A stretch of DNA of 58,769 nucleotides, counting the filler, from Sphacelaria rigidula (Eukaryota): assembly GCA_964200075.2 (NCBI GenBank). It is 10 parts of 10 records of this genome, joined end to end, with 100 filler letters (N's around TTAATTAATTAA, not from the genome) between each part and the next. Parts side by side here need not be neighbours in the genome. Positions count along the whole stretch, not along the records: positions 1 to 5,787 come from CAXNAA020024468.1; positions 5,888 to 11,674 come from CAXNAA020024469.1; positions 11,775 to 17,561 come from CAXNAA020024470.1; 7 more parts are not named here. One strand, given 5' to 3'. Position 1 is the first letter of the stretch; each line of letters begins with the position of its first letter. Positions 1-12,868 of this stretch are shown here, piece by piece. Both the position numbers and the translations under genes were made by a program. The notes under the pieces are model-generated. The model searched no databases and was not told the DNA's origin. It worked only from the letters and a program-made list of their open reading frames with translations.

Positions 1-67
1 CAGGGAAAGCACGGCTTTTGAGTTGAACCTCATTTGTTTTTTCAACCCCATTTTCGACAATCGGCTG

Positions 68-482
68 TTACTCGGAGAGAAAAAGAAGCGAGGTCAGTTC
101 CTCGCCAACCCCCGACGATAGTCAGTACAGTTCCGTGTAGTAGTACAAGCCGGATGCTGACCCACAATGGGCGAATCGAAGCGCGTACCATTACCCGGAG
201 AGGAAAAGAAGCGATGTCAGTTCCTTGTCACCCCACGTCTATGGTCGGAAAAGATCTGAGTGTGACTACAAGCCGAGTGCGGACCCAAAAAGGGTCAATC
301 GAGGCGCGTACCACTACTCGGAGAGAAGAAGAAGCGCGGTCAGTTCCTCGCCAACCCCCGACGATAGTCAGTACAGTTCCGTGTAGTAGTACAGGCCGAG
401 TGCAGACCCAGAATGGGTGAATCGAAGCGCGTGCCATTACCCGGAGAGGAAAAGAAGCGAGGTCAGTTCCTCGTCTACCCCA
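68..482 (+). repeat. 123-bp (41-codon) tandem repeat, about 3.4 copies, in the ORF upstream of RT
   Basis: The GCGnnGTCAGTTCCT motif recurs at 88, 211, 334 and 457. ORF 34..420 repeats RREKEARSVPRQPPTIVSTVPCSST. Confidence 0.9.
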
Positions 483-619
483 ACCAACAGTGCTTGACGA
501 TAAAAACCTGAGTAAGATAGATATGTACTACGGGTCGACGTCTTCAACGTCTCGCGCAGGGTCACGACAAAAACATGAAACACGATTGAAATATTGCGAA
601 AACATCCAAAACAAAACCT

Positions 620-2574
620 ATCATTGAAGAAATGGCAACGACATGCACAAAGTTAATGAGATTGTGCAACGGGAACCTTGGAGACGTAGCGGGAAGGCTC
701 GGCGGCACTTTGGTGTCACCGCCGATAAACCTCCGTGAAGTCCAACACCATTTTGGAGAAGTAAAACGTTTCCCGGAAATTGAAAAACTTGTGCACATAC
801 TCGAACACGGGGTACCGATAGACACAACAGAAACTGCACCGGACTTCAGACGCACACTCGAATAGGGTAACCACAGTAGTATCGACGGTCACATCTCACA
901 TGTCTAGAAAAAACTGACGGGAAGATGTGAAGAGGATCAGACGTTTGGTTTTCAACCGATCAGCGGCCTCGGAAATTGAGCATTTACGAGTAGCTCCTTT
1001 AGGAGCAGTGGTCACCACTAAGGTCCGCATCATCCATGATTTTTCGTTCGACATCAATTCCAAACCCGGTACAAAAGGAGAATTGAACGCCGTCACCAAC
1101 CACGACGAAATTCCAGGTTGTCTCTGTGTCGAGGCCCTGCCACAACTACTGGACGAAATCCTACGTCTTAGGAAGAAATTTCCAAACGAACGGATTCTCC
1201 TGTCAAAAGCCGACGTAACGAACGCCTTTCGAAATGTACACGTAGCCGCAAAATATGCGCACAAATGTTGCTACGTAATCAACGATATTGTAGTAACCAA
1301 TTTTCGACTCACCTTCGGCTGGACAGGGTCTCCGGGTTTCTGGGGTCTGTTCTCGCAAGCAATAGGACATTCTCACTATCGTACTACTCCGAACAATGTA
1401 GACATGCAAGAGGAGGGAAGGAAGATGATGGAACACGTACGAATAGTCCCGCCATGGGAGGTGCATCCGCCCACGACAGTACCGTCAAACATTGAGGTGG
1501 CCTCATCGAAGGGAGGGGGGCCTGACGATCCATTCTTTGCAGTGGTTTATGTGGACGATTTATGTGGACGATTTTATATTAGCCAAAATACAACACGACG
1601 AAGAGCACCAATCAGCGTTACTAGCATCCATCTCTCCCGCTTCTGATCACCTGAGATTATTCGGACCAGGCGAACACGGTGAAACTCCAATCCTAGCACC
1701 CAGTAAGAGTACCGATTGGGATACCACCGTGCAGGCGTTGGGGTACACGATCAGCATTCACAGCACGCGGATTTCTGTCCCCACCCAAAAGATCAGAAGA
1801 GTCCGTGAGTTGTTGAAAAACGAATGGCGACAGGACAGGTCGCATGCCTCCGTCGCCGACATACTGAGCGTGGCCGGAAAATTGTGGAACCTCACCTACG
1901 TTGTCCGAGCCGGTAAGTATTTTGTTTGGCAGCTGTTACGAGTATCCGCTTTACATCAAGCGGGACGTAGAAAACAGGACAAAAGAAAACAACTAAAACT
2001 GGGGTGGGAATTCCACGGGCATATCTCCTTTTGGAAATGGGCAATCGATCATCAATTACTTGACCAAGGCGAAGCACTCAGCGCCTCTCTGTTTTCTCAG
2101 GTAGATCGGCCGGCTTCATGACACTTTTTTTCGGACGCCAGCTTCGGTGCCGTTGGAGGATATTGCCCAGAGTTAAAGATTTTCTGGCGTTATACCTTCC
2201 CCCCCGCCTTCACGTCAGAACTAGTCCGAAAAGAAAAAGTTAGAGAAAACTGTTCCATCACGATCAATCTTTTAGAATTGTGCAGGATGATGACGACGGC
2301 GTGCGTTATCCAGATGTTTCTTAAGGAAAAACCCACAGGGCCAGGAGAACCAGTATTAATGCGAGGCGACAACGCCTCTGCCGTATCGTGGGTGAACCGC
2401 TGCGGGGGTTCTCGTGACAGGCGGGCTGGACTACTCATGAGAATGATGGGTCGCACGGAAATCACATCCGGATGGTGTCCAATAGCAAAACACATTCGAG
2501 GTATTGACAATGTCTTGGCCGATGGAATTTCGAGATGGCCGGCGGGCGAAGTTCAAAACAAAATAAAACAATGA
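620..2574 (+). pseudogene. Reverse transcriptase-RNase H of the YR retrotransposon (stops and frameshift)
   Basis: RT motifs KVRIIHDFS, KADVTNAFR, LTFGWTGSPG and YVDD. RNase H motifs FSDASFGAVGG, INLLE, GDNASAVSW and HIRGIDNVLADGISR. Stops near 863, 905 and 2119, and a frameshift at 1546-1571. Confidence 0.9.
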
Positions 2575-2799
2575 ACAGGAGAACAGGGCTGGAAATTTAA
2601 GGACATCGGTTTTCGGGGGAAAGTTATATTCGACGTAGTCCTCCAAGAACCGATGCCGAAAAGACGACTAGACGACGAGTTGTGGTCAGTCATCAATTAA
2701 GACATGACTTAACAGAAGGATACTTTCGCCGCTTGCTCCACCCCGTTTTTGGCACCACACCTTCCTTCCCCCAATGTCTGTCCACCCTCAAATTCGACC

Positions 2800-3871
2800 A
2801 GGAAAACAACACGGTCACTTACGCGATGAACAAGAGCTAGTACGAACGTTAGCCCTCGCATCCGTAGGTAGAAGTACCAAAAAGGGCTACATGAGGCAAT
2901 TCGAGACATGGGGAAAATGGAGAGAAGATCGGGGGGAGCAGGTCTTCTGACGAGAAGAAGACGGAGAGCTAGCCGCAGCAAATTCCCTCACTACGTTCAT
3001 GGCGAGTAGGGTGTTCTGCCACGGGAACCAGAGCTCAACAGTACGATCGTATTTGTCCGCTCTTCAGTATTTTCATAAGATGGTGGCGTGGTGGGAGCTA
3101 CCCACTCGACACTGTATGTTAACCGCGGTATACAAGGGTATTGATAGGATGCATGGGAGAGGTGACGTTGAGAGAAGAGTGAGGAAACCCTTGACGGTAG
3201 ACATCTTGAATGCAAAAGGGGCAAGTAGTGCGGAGTCAGTGGAAGAGCGCATGAAGTGGATCGGTTTGGCACTGTCGTATTTTCTACTGTGTAGAGCCTC
3301 CGAAATCTGGGGATACAACACCGGATTAGTACATTCCGAATTTTGTCTCACCAGAGGCGATCTAAACGTTTTTCAAGGGTCACACCAACTTGAAGGGGTT
3401 CGCAAGAGAGAAGCGGACATGGTGGAGGTTACGTTTAAGACCTCCTAGGCGGATCAACAACGCCAAGGAACAGTAGTAACTACAAAAAAGATTCCGGTGA
3501 GTCAGGACGAAGTGCACAGCCAACAGATCAATGGCGCACTAGAATCACTGCTTGAATTACTCGCTTATTACCCTAGCCCAGGCGCACAAGCGCCACTGAT
3601 GCAGACCTGGAGTGGAAAGGAGTGGAAAGTGATCACGCCCAACGATTCTACCGCGGCTTTACGTCAGCTAGCAAGTCGCGCAGGGAAAGACTCTAGGCAG
3701 TACGCTCTCCACTCGGGAGGGATTGGGGGAGCCACAAAACTAGCAGCACAAGAAGCAATCCCCTTGCAAATCCAGAGGGCGGATCGTTGGAAATCTCAAG
3801 CATTCATGATTTACGTCAGAGCTGAAGGGGAAGGAGCGCAGTTCGTTTCGAAAGCACTAACACGTAGTTAA
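2800..3871 (+). pseudogene. Tyrosine recombinase of the YR retrotransposon
   Basis: N-terminal STKKGYMRQFETW and TVRSYLSALQYFH. Catalytic-type motifs LCRASE, HSGGIGG (the HxxR Arg is replaced by Gly), RWKSQAF and IYVR. In-frame TAG at 3446-3448. Confidence 0.88.
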
Positions 3872-4159
3872 CGAGAACGGTCTGAGAAAGTTTGGAAAGA
3901 GCGCAACCTATCGGGCCGCCTAATAATAGGGGAAGCGTTGATCAGTCCCGAAAAAAAGGAACGGGTCAACAACTAAGAACAGAAAGTCACGGGTTAGCCC
4001 GATAGCTTGCGCACTCACGGCGACGAGGTCGCTGCTGGGCAGAGTCAGTCGGTATTTCTTTTGTTTTGTTTTTCTTTCGGATTTGTTTTGGAGTATTGGG
4101 TTGTGGTTTTGAATTTTTTCAAGTATCGATCATGCCTTAAAAAACCCCAAAATTCTCGA

Positions 4160-4494
4160 GCTTAAAACAAATGAACGCTACGCAAGGTTTGATTTTTTAG
4201 GCGGGACAAATGCAACGTAACGTGATGTAACATGTGGGCCTTGAAGCAGTGTCTCTTGGTGTTTTCCAGGTGTAAAAATGACGTTACATATTCACGGAAA
4301 CAAGCAGAGTTTTCGTGACATTTTGAAAGTAAAACGCAATGTTAGGGTTCATGCGAAGGACCACACGTTACTCACGTTACGTTACATATGTCCCATGCAA
4401 AAAATCAAATCTTACGTAGCATTAAATGACCCAAAAGCTACGTGTTTTCGAATGTGTCACATTAAAGCGCCACGTGTGACGTATCCCTCCCTGG
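4160..4494. mobile_element. Palindromic MITE-like repeat; partial copy of the family at 16116-16552
   Basis: Internal inverted repeat (GGGACAAATG..AACGTAACGTGA / TCACGTTACGTTACATATGTCCC). Strong similarity to 16180-16552, ending in CCCTGG. Confidence 0.7.
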
Positions 4495-5787
4495 TGAAGC
4501 CGAAACAGTTCGGTTTCCTCAACTACACAAACATGATGAAAAGGACTCTAGTGGTCTGAGGAACTATGGCTTCCCTGTCCTCCCGCCAGGTATAAAAGAA
4601 GGGCGACAGAGTTTTTGCAATCGAATGTAACACTCGCGGGGAAACATATAGGTTCTCTATGAAATTCCGCGTTTTCCAACATGCAAATCATTTAACGCTC
4701 GTTGCTTTCTAATAAAAACGTTGAACTGTCAATTTCTGTTCCGTTCTGTACTGATTGCGGTATCCCCATGTCAGGAGAGTTTGGTTTTGCTGTTTTCCAG
4801 TATCTGCGCACGTGTGGACGGACCCAAAGCAGCCACTTTCCCTCAGACCACTAGAGTCCTTTGAATCATGTTTATGTAGTTGGGGAAGCCGAACTGTTTT
4901 GTTTTTACAGAGGTTGCGAAATTTGGTATATGTTGCTACGCCGGGCGACCCCTGTGCAGACGCCAGCCAGTCCAGTAGAGCGACGAAAGCTAGCTATGGT
5001 CGGGTTTGCCTGCTGTACTGCCGCCAGCGTTGCTTGAAAGCCACAAGACCTTTGCGGTCGGCGGTTGATGGCGTGGGTATCAAATGCAACGGCAAATGGT
5101 TGATCACTGAGCACCCTTGTTCTTCGTGGGGTCATGTCTCGCCCCGTCAGGTTCTAATGCGTGACCCCGTCACATCAGAATTGATTCTTGAAAGCTACTG
5201 TACCGAGGTGTTCACGCAGCCAGCGCGTGCTTCAGATTGCAGGGTGGACGCACCCCTCTGCACGACGCTCACAACGGTTAGATCACTACCATAGGTATCT
5301 TTTTCACTCCGCATGTCAAGAAGGTCTTCACAATGTCTCATACACCCCCCTTTCCCACTAGCGTCTCGCACGCTCTTGTCGTTGGGCACCCACAGGGTCG
5401 CTCACGTACATGTCGGGTAAAATCAACGATGAGTAACACCCCCCAAGTTCAAATTGGATATACCTGTCGTTTTCGCCGCAGCACCGCCCTTGCTGGCATG
5501 ACAGAGAACAGTTAGCGGTGACGAGAACATTGCCCTGTTTTCGACGACATGTTTTTCAGCGCACAGAGGTGCGTCCCGTCGAAAAAGAAAGCCAGAGAGG
5601 AATCGATCTTCGCATTGGTGAGCTCCACAGGCAAGAAGAGACGAAATCTCTTCGCAGCTCGATGTTTCGGCACATGGGAAATTGGGTACATGCTGGTAAC
5701 ATTGATGATGCTAGTCTCTCGAGCGATTGGTAATCGCCGAGCGAGGACACACAAAGGGCACGGGCGAGGAGCTTCCTTTCTGTCGTT

Positions 5788-5887
5788 NNNNNNNNNNNNN
5801 NNNNNNNNNNNNNNNNNNNNNNNNNNNNNNNTTAATTAATTAANNNNNNNNNNNNNNNNNNNNNNNNNNNNNNNNNNNNNNNNNNNN
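5788..5887. other. Artificial contig linker (N44-TTAATTAATTAA-N44). Identical linkers at 11675, 17562, 23449, 29336, 35223, 41110, 46997 and 52884.
   Basis: 100-bp spacers containing a six-frame stop cassette, recurring every 5887 bp. Confidence 0.98.
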
Positions 5888-7093
5888 TTAGTAAACGAAG
5901 TAGGTGACTGAAATTGTTCAACGTGAGTTGACGCGGTGCGGGAGTGCTGACCCAATCCGCGAGACCAAAATGTAAGGCGCGTACCGGGGGAGAGATGGGT
6001 AGATCCCTTGAGAGCACGGAATCACCCCGAGGAAGGGGAGGGGTTCAAAGTGCGAGGAAAAACGAAATCACGCTATTTTCAGAAATGTTGGCACACAGTA
6101 CACTTTGCGCTACTTTTTACCAAAAAGTATGATACCCTACCATAATGAGTCTTCGCACACGATTCCTGTAACTTCGCCACATTCACCGGTTACAGCAGAC
6201 CACACTATTCACACGATACCAACATATACACGACGGCGTTTGCAGGGATACCATTACTGCACACGAAACTCTCCACCGTAAGCTGTCGAGGACTACACAG
6301 GTGAACACCAGAGACGTAAAAACACGGCCGATAGCATGACACTCGGAAATTGACTTCGAACGCTGTAGAAGCCAGGCGTTGACATCTTGCGTCATGTGAT
6401 CGAAAACGACTTGATATACGGCCAGTTTCTTGGACATGATTCACCAAAACCATTCCGCGACTGATTATATGTGCGTCTGGTCATCGTGTGCCCAGAAGTT
6501 GCAGCGACAGCGCTAACATCCCACATAATGTTGACAAACAATACCCAAAGCGACCGCGATCGCGCCTGTCTACTGCAAACCCACAACGTCCGAGCCACAA
6601 ATCACCCCCGCTGCACATGCAATGCGGGTCGATATGGGGACGAACAAGCACTATGACTTGTTGCTCCTTTCCGGTAACATTAAAAGAGAAAAATCGCTAC
6701 TGCGATGCCTCGTTTCCCCTTTGAGCCACCGTGTACTCATCCTTCCAGAGCATCATGGGCATAGCCTACTTGGTGAAAAAGGCTCTTTTTGACTACTTCA
6801 ACCCCGATTTCTCAGCCACCCACGGCCAGTGAGATCCCGCACCCTGGCCAACCGCCTCCTGCACCAGCAAAGGTACACGCCACTCCGACAGTGGTGGAAA
6901 TCCCTCGACACAGCCACACTGCTCCCACGCCCCACTCTCTCCCCGTTTTTCGGCATGTCATGTCACCTTCTGTGGCTTGCCTTGTGACGAATAAATGGCG
7001 TCCGCAGCTATCTGCCCCGGTCCTAACCGTCGGCCGCAGATGCAGCACATTTCATCATCCCTGCACAATTAACCACGTCTGGCTGCCCAAGTT

Positions 7094-7591
7094 TCAACTG
7101 CGGAGGCATCCGCGGTTACCTCTCAAATGACATCAGCGTCTGCGCTCGGTCATCAACACCTGTCGTCGATCGAGTTCGTCCGCTCGACGTATCCTGCCCA
7201 CGACTTGCCGTCGGATGGCGGTGAAAAACGATGTCGAGAGGAGGAGGCTGGTGTCGCCGAGCACGCCCACCCGCAGTCACCAAGCAAGGCGCAGACAGCG
7301 GCGGACGTCGAGTTTCGGCGAGAGAAGCGACAAACAGCGACAAACAACTGTTTGTCGCTTTTCTCACCGAAACGCGGCGTCCGCCGCTGTCTGCGCCTTG
7401 CTTAGTGACTGCGGGTGGACATGCTCGACGACGCTAGCCTCTTCCTCTCGACATCGTTTTTTACCGCCATCCGATGGCAAGTCGTGGGCACTATACGTCG
7501 AGCGGACGAACTCGATCGACGACGGGTGTTGATGACCGAGCGCAGACGCTGATGTCAATTTAGAGGTAACCGCGGATGCCTCCGCAGTTGA
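7094..7591. repeat. About 500-bp near-perfect inverted repeat (244-bp arms, 10-nt loop); candidate hairpin RNA or foldback element
   Basis: TCAACTGCGGAGGCATCCGCGG... at 7094 pairs with ...CCGCGGATGCCTCCGCAGTTGA at 7591. About 18 substitutions by eye, no indels. Confidence 0.92.
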
Positions 7592-7744
7592 CACCTCAGA
7601 CCGTTCCAAAGCACCTTTGCGTTTTCCGTAGGTCGAAGTGTAGTGGGTGAGAGGATCGTGTGATTAGAGGACCGCACCGTAGCTCGAAGCACCTCAGTAT
7701 CGACGTTTTCCAAAACCAATCGGGCCAGTCCCTGCAGGTACCAC

Positions 7745-7780
7745 GACCCTGACCCCAACACTAACCCTAACCCTAACCCC
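7745..7780. repeat. Short degenerate telomere-like (CCCTAA)n tract
   Basis: ACCCTGACCCCAACACTAACCCTAACCCTAACCCC. A more degenerate tract lies near 30627-30657. Confidence 0.5.
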
Positions 7781-10700
7781 ATCCATAGGGATGTCCAACT
7801 TCCGACGCGATCCCCTAAGCACCGGTCCTCTCACGCATTACAACAGTTTCGTTCTTGGCCAAAATTAGACGGTACAGTTATGGGTAGGAATTGCAGATTT
7901 TCGGTACTATATTCATGGAAAGTGCAAGCTGATCGCTACATGCGTCATAAGTCGGCCGGTAATCCAACTAGTCATGCAGTATCAAAGGAAAATGCAAGCG
8001 CCACCTACAAATGACGATTTGGGTAATAAGAAATGAACGATATTTCTAGTACATTCATTCAAGTCTGGGAATGGTCGATGTTGAGGTGATTTTGTTCCTC
8101 CGGAAAGCTCGCTCAACATCAGTAGATGGACAATCTTGTTGCACTAGCGAGTGTTCTGCCTTTGTACCAGTCGGGAAGCACACGACCACAAGCTGCCACC
8201 CTACGTTTACCGTCATTGCGAAGATAACAAGACAAAAGCACGAATAGTAGCTGTTGTGGCCGCTACACACCAACGTAACCGAGTGAATTTGAACATTTTG
8301 AACATCGCGGCTCTGCGGACCTAGGCATACATGGTGCGCAGTCTGAAATCAAAATCACTCTTCGCGCCTTGACTTCTCCGCTGGAACCGTTGTCAAGCAT
8401 TGCATAGTTTGCATCTCATTCTGATACTATTAATATTGTATACAGACAGTCACTCAAAACATGACCGCGGTCGCCAGCAGACGTAACGCACATACTCGTG
8501 CTGAAATCGCTCTCGACGCCTTGGCTTCTGCACTGGAGCCCTGACATGAACCAGCCACCAGCTTTGTCGTTCTTCTGTCAACTCTCCCTCTGTAGTTCGA
8601 CACTTCAAAGAATACTCGCCATGCGCACCGATGCTTTTGAATTTGCCATCTTCGACCTCGAAATACGCTACTGATCCTCAACCAAGAAGTACCAATCGCG
8701 CAACGCTTACAGCTTGACACCGAAGCGCGGAACTGGACTGCGGTTTCTCGCGCGCGCTTCCCACACACCCAAGCTACGTCGCCTAGTTTGCTTTTCGCGT
8801 TTGAGCCTGATGCTGACTCGCAACTGACCCAATTGTACTCACAGGGTATTTTCCGATCTGGGGGGGACCATCGGGTCGCTGACGCGACGCCAGCAAAATA
8901 TGAAACTTAGGTTCTCTAGATCTTGTGTGTATGCGGGGGGCTGTCAAGTGCCGTGGATCGTCCGCACGAGAAGCAGCAGCAGCAGCAGCAGAACCAGCAG
9001 CATATTCATTGCCAGTAGGTGTACGTGGCTGGGGGTGGGTCTGAATCAACCGGCGGCGGCGATGCTGCCGCCGCTGCTGCTGCTGCTCTTGATCGAAGAC
9101 GGTCCGCGTATGGACCGTGCGACAATACCCGCGAACCTTGCGAGTGATAGCCACCGTGCTGAACAGCGCTGACGCACACACAAATCAGGACCGGCTGATG
9201 TAGACGCACCCCCGGCCGTGTACATCTACTGGCAGTAAGATGCTGTTGATACTGCTGCTGTTGCTTCTTCTCCTTCTCGTGCGAAACGCGATTAGAACGG
9301 CGCGTGATTTCTCGTGATGCTGCAGAACTGCTGTGTTGTTTTGTGTTGAGTGTAGTACTCTGTAGTCCATACACCACTGCGAAGTTGTCTTGTCTTGAGT
9401 GTACTGCCCTGTACTCCAGATAATGGGGTCATGGTTTGAGCAGTGTTTTCGAAAGCTCTGCTTGTTTTTGGAAAAGTTCCGCTGTTTTTTTAAAAGCTCT
9501 GCTCGTTTTTCAAAAAGTATTCCGGAAAAAACGAGAGTGCTTTCTGTCACAGAAATCTAATGCCGAGTCTGGAATAGCCTGAGACAACCACCAATTTGAA
9601 AATTGGAATTGGAGCTGGATTTTGTTTTGGGGATTGGAACCCGGACAATTAAAAGCTTCGTGTACACACCAAATCTTCGAAATATCGTTCCATTTCTTCA
9701 CTTGCCGGTAGCTATCGACAACTACTATACGCCATACAGAGTTGGATCTCGATAACCGACGACTTAATACTGGCTCAATCGTATCTTCTACTTTAAGCCC
9801 AATTGCGCGGAGAAAATTCAACACTAATGAACGGCTATATATAGGGTGGGCACTGCCGCGGGGCGGGCGAGAAGCATCAAAGACGTTATAGTGTCGAACT
9901 GTCAGGTTGAACGGCGGTAATGGGACGGTGGAGAATATACGAACAACTTTCACGAGGTTACCATTAACATATCCCACACGGGATATTTCCCCGAGCTTGA
10001 TGTCCACGCGTTCTGTCTTTCCGGACCCCCTCAAGCTTTCATGCGCAGTGGTCACTGCTCAGGGGATATATATTTTCCGTTGGTCCCAGAGGAACTATAT
10101 CAACCTTGTTATTCCGCCAACCCCGATCGCGCACATAATACTTCAACGAGAATGAAGGTTTGAATATAGGGGGGACGATGTTGTTGTGGTGCGGGCGACG
10201 AACATCGAAGAGGATTCACTGTCAAACTTTAATGTTGAACGGCGGTATTAGAACACTGAGGGATACACCGGCAATTTGCCCGAGCTCCCATGTACGCGTT
10301 GCGCAGCGTGATAGAATCATCATGCAGGTTAAACGATATATATTGTCGTCGAGCGCCTGTCAAGTATACCGGCACCCTCACCGGAAAATCACCGAACAGT
10401 TTATACCGTGAACATTCTGCTGGGTGCAGCGGTTGTTCACTTCATTGCTTCCTCGTTTTTTTTTTGTAGTCTCTGTCTTCAAATAATATGAGTGCGAAAG
10501 AGGATCACAACTCGTACGCTTTTCCACTCATTCGCCATCGTAATGATTGTTATCGGACTCCCCTGCCTTCTCCAGCTTCATCGCCGTCTCATCTCCCCTG
10601 TACCGCGCTGACTTCACCGCCACTTCATCTCTCCGAGCGCTTCGTCTCGACATCCAACATCACTTTATCTTCGTGCAATCGCCACGCGCCTTTTCCACCG

Positions 10701-10831
10701 GGCGATTTCCCTTCTTCATGTTTTCTTCAAGTGCTTTCCATCACGCTCTTTCGATTTCGATACTTCACGGGAATGGTCAACAAGTGCACCGATCTCCTAC
10801 TTTTGTCACCACATCCATCCACTTCTGCTTC

Positions 10832-11590
10832 GCGGTGCGCTTGTATTTGGGTTAAAACGGCATCAAGGAGTACAAATGAGCGTTATATATCGACGAGCTG
10901 GGCCAGCCTAGAAGCGGATTTGTAGTTTGCAGGCGAATTCGCAGTTTTTAACTTGGAGTTGGAAACTGTTGGTATGGACAATCAACAGGGAATAGGGAAA
11001 AATACTGACGCCGGGTCCCAAAGTGTTTTTTCTTCACGAGCCAAGGGCAATAATCAGTTTCAAGGTAAAATGCCGTTGAATCATCCAAAACCACTTTGGG
11101 ACTCAGCTCATTTTTTTATTATGCCCTGTTGATTGTCTATACCAATTTTCACTGTCCAACTCTGAGTTTAAAATTGCAAATTCGCCTGCAAACTACAAAT
11201 AACAAGGTTTTCGTGAGATTGAGAAGTGGGTGCTGATTGAGAGTGGCTTTGATCATTCGCTTTAACTTGGCCATCTTTTCATTCCGTGTGTGCTTTTCGT
11301 CGTCTCATCACTGCCATGTGCTTACAGCTACACGTTGATATCGTACTCAGGGGTATCGAGGGCCTCAGTGGCAAGCTACTGAAGAGAGAATATTGGGCCT
11401 GGTGGAGGTGCATTTCGGAACTGAAACGGCTTATTTACTAATTGACCGCTTTCACTCTCAATCGTACCTTCAACTCTCAATTTCACGAAAACGGTGTTAA
11501 ACCCGCTTCTAGGCTGGCCCAGCTCGTCGATATATAACGCTCATTCATACTGCTTGATGCCGTTTTAACCCAAATACAAGCGCACCGCAA
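10832..11590. mobile_element. Palindromic foldback/MITE related to the CGAGCTGGGCCAGCCT family, with a second MITE inserted in its right arm
   Basis: 10832-10920 is the reverse complement of 11500-11590, and 10920-11000 pairs with 11125-11199. Confidence 0.8.
11200..11499. mobile_element. About 300-bp MITE with TAACA.GGTTTTCGTGAGATTGAGA terminal inverted repeats
   Basis: Inverted termini at 11200 and 11499. The same terminus recurs at 52987-53049. Confidence 0.75.
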
Positions 11591-11643
11591 GTGTGGCAGG
11601 TCGTTTGACACACCTATGAGCCTCTTTTTTCGTGCAATTCAAT

Positions 11644-11674
<31 letters not shown>

Positions 11675-12698
11675 NNNNNNNNNNNNNNNNNNNNNNNNNN
11701 NNNNNNNNNNNNNNNNNNTTAATTAATTAANNNNNNNNNNNNNNNNNNNNNNNNNNNNNNNNNNNNNNNNNNNNGAGTAAGACCTTGTGTTATGCAAGCC
11801 GTCCTTGAACCTTATACGGTGAAAATGACCTCCGTGGTGGAAAGTAACCAGTACAGTAGCGAGGCAAGAAGATAGAAGGTACGGTCGTGGGACGCCTGGA
11901 TGGTTTACCATGAAGATCGCCTGGCACAAACGTGGGGTACTTGTGTGAAAGGTGTTGAAGTCAGCTTCAGGCTACGAGCCCATGTTGGAGGCATCATTTA
12001 GTGTCGGTGAGCCAGCAAAAGAACTGGAAAGAACCAGACCCCTCACGAGTACTAGTATTGGGATATCCCAGTACGTCGAAGATATCCCACTGATATAATT
12101 CAAATGAACGCGCTAGAGATCCTCTCGAAGGACATCGAGAGAGAGACGGTCAGGATGGGCGGATGGAGGAGTATAGATTGGTCGTGGGAAGTACTAGTAG
12201 TGTTGGTATTCGGAATTCCTAGCGACATGAGAATGGAGTCCAAAAAGTAGTGGGATGGAATTGGGTTACACTGTTTGGCAACAGGGAAAGTAGAAAAGGA
12301 CGGAGAACACTTCCGAGTCACACTAAAACAGAGAGCGAGCAAGGAGTGGGAAAGGATAGCAACAAGTAAGGTATCGACATATGGGTTAGAAGGGTAGGAT
12401 GGAGGGTATGTATTGCTGAGGGAATAACAAACGTAAGACGTCGTGCACGGGCATACGGAGGGGGGGAGAGGCAGGAACAGGTAAATGGCCGGAAGGGGAA
12501 GGAGAGGGGACACAGCGCCCCGAAGCAAATAGACGAAACCTGAACCGGCAAGGGGGAGAACAATCAAGCATGAGAAAGTGGGAGTGAGAGACACGGGAAG
12601 GGGGTGGGTATTCATGATCGTGCCGGCCATGGTCATATGACCGGGAGGGGGCTGGGGGGGCACGCAACGCAGTGCATTTGTGATAACTGTGAGTTCAT

Positions 12699-12843
12699 CA
12701 CACCCTGCACAACAGGTTGCGTTGTCATGAAGTGTACTGAATGTGTACAGAATGGAATATGTTGTCTATTGCAATAGACGCAATAGTCGATACTGTTGCA
12801 CGTATCGCACTTTCTAGCAATGTGATCTGTTGGCTAGGGTGTG
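12699..12843. mobile_element. About 145-bp MITE (CACACCCTG...AGGGTGTG) with a near-perfect 8-bp TSD
   Basis: Flanks GAGTTCAT / GAGGTCAT. Homologous to 15248-15385 and 17013-17160. Confidence 0.75.
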
Positions 12844-12868
12844 GAGGTCATCAACCCCGTGGGGACGG

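Larger units (their letters stand above)
1..4055 (+). mobile_element. Decayed DIRS/Ngaro-type tyrosine-recombinase retrotransposon (ORF1 end, RT, RNase H, YR), 5' truncated by the contig start
   Basis: RT followed by RNase H and then a tyrosine recombinase on the same strand is diagnostic of YR retrotransposons. No DDE integrase, protease or methyltransferase domain was seen. The 3' boundary is approximate. Confidence 0.9.

Noticed and set aside
927..3871. RT plus recombinase as a novel retron or prokaryotic defence system
   Set aside because: The RT-RNase H-YR order and motifs match known DIRS-order retrotransposons.
8783..9377. ORFs with poly-Q/poly-A runs and a GTGAGT donor-like site
   Set aside because: The open frames are explained by CAG microsatellites, and no consistent coding frame was found.
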